From NCBI GenBank assembly GCA_048938295.1, contig JBHLMI010000048.1, positions 1 to 9,235 of the forward strand: 9,235 nt of DNA, in the 5' to 3' direction. The notes under the pieces are model-generated. The model saw nothing but the letters and a program-made list of their open reading frames with translations, did not search any database and was not told where the DNA came from. Shown here in pieces: positions 6,823 to 9,235 of this stretch; position 1 is the stretch's first letter, and every line of letters begins with the position of its first letter. Made by a program: the position numbers and the translations under genes. This DNA is from Promethearchaeota archaeon (GTDB lineage: Archaea; Asgardarchaeota; Hermodarchaeia; Hermodarchaeales; Hermodarchaeaceae).

Positions 6823-6975
6823 TCCTTTTCACCCGCTGGAGATGCTATTTCACCGCTGGAATGTGAGGATAAATGTTCTTTACCGGTTTAAAGAACGCAT
6901 TGGTCCTTATGTGAATATAAAGAAAAGATTGAGAAAAACCGAATACACCATTTCGTGCAGGACCCCTCAAAGATT

Positions 6976-7027
6976 GAGCCGAGAATGTCAATGACCATGA
7001 GTTGATTGGAGTTGACGACCACTTTTT
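6976..7027 (+). repeat. Array repeat copy 9 (shortened centre)
   Basis: GAGCCGAGAATGTCAATGACCATGAGTTGATTGGAGTTGACGACCACTTTTT. The right arm GACGACCACTTTTT is exact and ACCATGAGT is shared with copy 10. Confidence 0.8.
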
Positions 7028-7081
7028 GTATGCTATTTTTTAACTTGGATGTCTTATATGTGATAGGTCGACGAGGAGGCC

Positions 7082-8869
7082 TTGTGTACGTCAACTGCTG
7101 TGCTCATGAAGTTGTTGGAAACAGCGCCGTGGCGCTATGACCAGGGGATTGATTTTCTCACACTGGGTGTTGATTCGAAGCTTAAAAAACGGATTGCAGA
7201 TGAATTTATCTTTCCGTCGGATGATGTTCTTGAAATAGGGAGTGGAACGGGTTCCTTGGCGTTGTTGTGTGCCCAGAAAGGGGCGCAGGTGATGGGCATT
7301 GATGTATCACCTACAATGATTGCATTAGCTCAAACCAAAGTGGCGAAGGCCCGGTTGTCGGATCGGGTTCAGTTTCGGGAAATGGACCTGACGGAAATTG
7401 ACCAGTTGCCCGATGCCTCCTTTGATGTGGTGATTGCCACCTTGGTGTTTAGTGAATTGTCGGAGGTGGAGCAGTTTTATGCGCTCCGTGAAGCGTGGCG
7501 GCTGCTTCGCCCAGAGGGACGGCTAATCATTATGGATGAAGTTCGACCCCAATTGCTCCGCAAGATGCTTCCCTACTACATGTTACGTGTCCCTCTCACA
7601 ACATTCACTTTTCTATTGAGCCAAACAACGACCCATCGGGTGAAGAATCTCGAAACAAAGCTCGAAATATCCGGATTTCGAATTACCATGCAAGAGCAGC
7701 ATTTACTAGATTCGATTATGTTACTCGTCGCCACCAAACAACCCCAACGACCCATTGAAGCAGCAGGTCCTCGTCTGTTTCCAACGGTTCACGTTGGATC
7801 ACGAATGAAGTATGTGGCTGAAACTATTTTTCGTTGGGTAGGTGTCCCTATCACACCCGGGTATATCGCTGTGGGACAGCCCTCCGATGAAAGCCCTGTT
7901 CTAGTCACATGCAATTATGACTTGACGGTTCGCCGCGTTCTAAAAACACTTCAACACGCACAGGTTGATTGCTTTCTACTGGTAGCTCCAACTCGGGGAA
8001 TCAACGTGTGGTGTGCCTCTTGTGGTGGAGATTTTACGGCACACTCCGTTATCGCGGCAATCAAGCTTAGTGGCATTAACAACCTGGTGCAGCACCGACA
8101 TTTGTTTCTACCTCAACTGGCAGCACCGGGAGTTGACCCCGATGTGATTAAGGAGGAGACGGGATGGTCAGCACAGTTTGGACCAGTGAAAGCCAAAGAT
8201 ATACCCACCTACTTGAAGAATGGAGCACAGAAAACCGAGGCCATACGCACTGTACGATTTCCGGTGTCAAAGCGCTTAGAAATGGCAAGTCTATATGCGA
8301 TCATAATTTCACTCCTTGCAATCCCCATCAGCCTAATCTTTGCACCCCCCAAGCTCCTCACGACCCTAGGAATCATTTGGCTGCTTATCTGCGGTGCCTA
8401 TCTTCTTTCGCCATATCTCCCGAGTAGATCTGGGTTCGTGAAAACGCTGGTGTATGGCATCTGTGCCATCTCCGTTGTCCTACTTGTGGCCCTTTATACC
8501 ACGGGGAGCCTGTTAGGATTGCCATGGGAACTTCTTCTAACGATTCTTGTTTTGCTAATCTTAGGGGTTGATTTCAACGGGATGACTCCGATACTACCCA
8601 GCGACCTCGGTCGTCTACTCTATGGCCGAGGTCACTCAGAAATGCCCTTCTTCACAGGAAAGTATCCGCTTCAACCCTATGGACGAATCACCGAGGATGT
8701 GGAGTCATGTATTGGATGTGGGATGTGCGTACAAGTCTGTCCAAGGAATGTCTACCAGTTAGATAAAGCAAGACGTAAGGCGGATTTAATACACCCCAAG
8801 GACTGTGTCAACTGTAATGCTTGTGTTCATCGATGCCCCGCACATTGCCTTCACATTATCAAATCATGA
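7082..8869 (+). CDS. Fusion: class I SAM methyltransferase + HgcA/CdhD-like corrinoid-binding domain + ~4 TM helices + HgcB-like 2x[4Fe-4S] ferredoxin (HgcAB-like fusion with N-terminal methyltransferase)
   Basis: EIGSGTG motif I in a UbiE-like N-terminus. SPVLVTCNYDLT, TRGINVWCASCGGDFT and LPQLAAPGV match the corrinoid domain of the HgcA/CdhD family. A hydrophobic block follows, then CIGCGMCVQVCP (8708) and CVNCNACVHRCP (8804). The exact start (TTG 7082 vs ATG 7106) is uncertain. Confidence 0.85.
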   Translation: MCTSTAVLMKLLETAPWRYDQGIDFLTLGVDSKLKKRIADEFIFPSDDVLEIGSGTGSLALLCAQKGAQVMGIDVSPTMIALAQTKVAKARLSDRVQFREMDLTEIDQLPDASFDVVIATLVFSELSEVEQFYALREAWRLLRPEGRLIIMDEVRPQLLRKMLPYYMLRVPLTTFTFLLSQTTTHRVKNLETKLEISGFRITMQEQHLLDSIMLLVATKQPQRPIEAAGPRLFPTVHVGSRMKYVAETIFRWVGVPITPGYIAVGQPSDESPVLVTCNYDLTVRRVLKTLQHAQVDCFLLVAPTRGINVWCASCGGDFTAHSVIAAIKLSGINNLVQHRHLFLPQLAAPGVDPDVIKEETGWSAQFGPVKAKDIPTYLKNGAQKTEAIRTVRFPVSKRLEMASLYAIIISLLAIPISLIFAPPKLLTTLGIIWLLICGAYLLSPYLPSRSGFVKTLVYGICAISVVLLVALYTTGSLLGLPWELLLTILVLLILGVDFNGMTPILPSDLGRLLYGRGHSEMPFFTGKYPLQPYGRITEDVESCIGCGMCVQVCPRNVYQLDKARRKADLIHPKDCVNCNACVHRCPAHCLHIIKS

Positions 8870-8934
8870 ACGTAAAATGATGGAACCATGAGTGTTGTAG
8901 ACGAACTGTGGCGGTTGATAGCCACTTTCTTTTT
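8867..8934 (+). repeat. Array repeat copy 10
   Basis: TGAACGTAAAATGATGGAACCATGAGTGTTGTAGACGAACTGTGGCGGTTGATAGCCACTTTCTTTTT. The left end coincides with the fusion gene's TGA stop. Confidence 0.78.
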
Positions 8935-9045
8935 CAAAAAAGATTGATGGGGAGAATACGGCTGAACTCGTTGTGGTGAGCATATTAGGCAAATTATTTC
9001 TGGGGGTTGTCGTGTAGTGGGTAAAGGTAGGTGGTTGGTTCGTTG

Positions 9046-9235
9046 ATGGAGATTACGTTGGGTGTGTTGTTTTGGGGGTATGTGATGGCGTACTGTGTGC
9101 ATGTCGTCGAGGAAGCGGCTGTGGGTGAAGGGTTCATTGAGATGATGCGTACCACCTTTCATCCAGACTATACGGGTCGGATGTTCTTTGGATTTAACCT
9201 CATGATTTTTTTGGTGTTTGTCGCTGGGATTGTAG
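9046..9235 (+). CDS. HXXEE-domain membrane protein, 5' part only (runs off window)
   Basis: Hand-translated open frame MEITLGVLFWGYVMAYCVHVVEEAAVGEGFIEMMRTTFHPDYTGRMFFGFNLMIFLVFVAGIV... has HVVEE after a hydrophobic helix. In-frame TAG at 9028 bounds it upstream. Confidence 0.8.
   Translation, partial: MEITLGVLFWGYVMAYCVHVVEEAAVGEGFIEMMRTTFHPDYTGRMFFGFNLMIFLVFVAGIV

Larger units (their letters stand above)
1..9235 (+). mobile_element. Putative gene-cassette array: ten single-gene units delimited by a co-oriented ~65-bp repeat (extends beyond both window ends)
   Basis: Strict alternation repeat-gene-repeat across the whole window. Repeats are all on the + strand, genes are in both orientations and have unrelated functions. 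No integrase is in the window, so mobility is inferred. Confidence 0.7.

Noticed and set aside
2565-8427. Other nested or antisense ORFs (2565..2771, 3452..3655, 3640..3828, 4291..4578, 4334..4519, 5390..5575, 5932..6117, 6264..6662, 6407..6643, 6454..6699, 6674..6994, 6888..7094, 8164..8427; also 1355..1579)
   Set aside because: They overlap better-supported genes or cross repeats, have low-complexity or atypical composition, and have no recognisable domains.
7082-8869. Annotation as a bona fide hgcA/hgcB mercury methylation gene
   Set aside because: Cap-helix motif is NVWCASCGG rather than N(V/I)WCA(A/G)GK, the HgcB-type terminal cysteines are lacking, and the architecture is fused.
1-8934. 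CRISPR array interpretation of the repeats
   Set aside because: Repeats are about 65 bp and highly divergent, the intervening sequences are 0.26-1.8 kb intact genes, and no cas genes are present.
1-8934. Canonical integron attC sites
   Set aside because: No conserved RYYYAAC/GTTRRRY cores at the hairpin ends, genes lie in both orientations, and there is no intI in the window. IntegronFinder would be the decisive test.
8851-9162. 103-aa minus-strand ORF
   Set aside because: Antisense shadow of the HXXEE gene, crosses repeat 10 and overlaps the fusion gene's end.
1-9235. Array as an assembly artefact joining separate circles through the repeat
   Set aside because: Copies are too divergent to share long exact k-mers, so short-read mis-joining is unlikely. 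It is not fully excluded without long reads or read-pair support.

Overview
Probably archaeal DNA (TATA boxes TTTTATAA/TTTTTATAT, GGTGA Shine-Dalgarno motifs, one apparently leaderless gene). It is built as an array of ten single-gene units. Every adjacent gene pair is separated by one copy of a degenerate ~60-70 bp direct repeat (approximate consensus GGAGCNGGGTGTATYAYTCGGAAACAYGGGTGTTG-variable centre-GGGTGGACGACCACTTTTT). Ten copies are present: one cut by the window edge and one with a degenerate right half. All copies lie on the same strand, while the genes split 5 plus / 5 minus. The genes are functionally unrelated: flavodoxin-ferredoxin, small membrane protein, membrane-anchored metallophosphoesterase, an unlisted 59-aa protein, SAM methyltransferase, an unrecognised 205-aa protein, DUF4256, a secreted/anchored protein, a methyltransferase-HgcA-like-ferredoxin fusion and a partial HXXEE protein. 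The best-preserved repeats fold on the + strand into a long imperfect hairpin with a bulged A and some compensatory changes. The + strand G-over-C skew is strongly positive after each repeat and fades across most units regardless of gene orientation. Together this suggests a non-canonical, integron-like gene-cassette system, possibly with single-stranded or circular intermediates. No recombinase, transposase or Rep gene lies in the window, so the mechanism is inference. All counts and alignments were done by hand.
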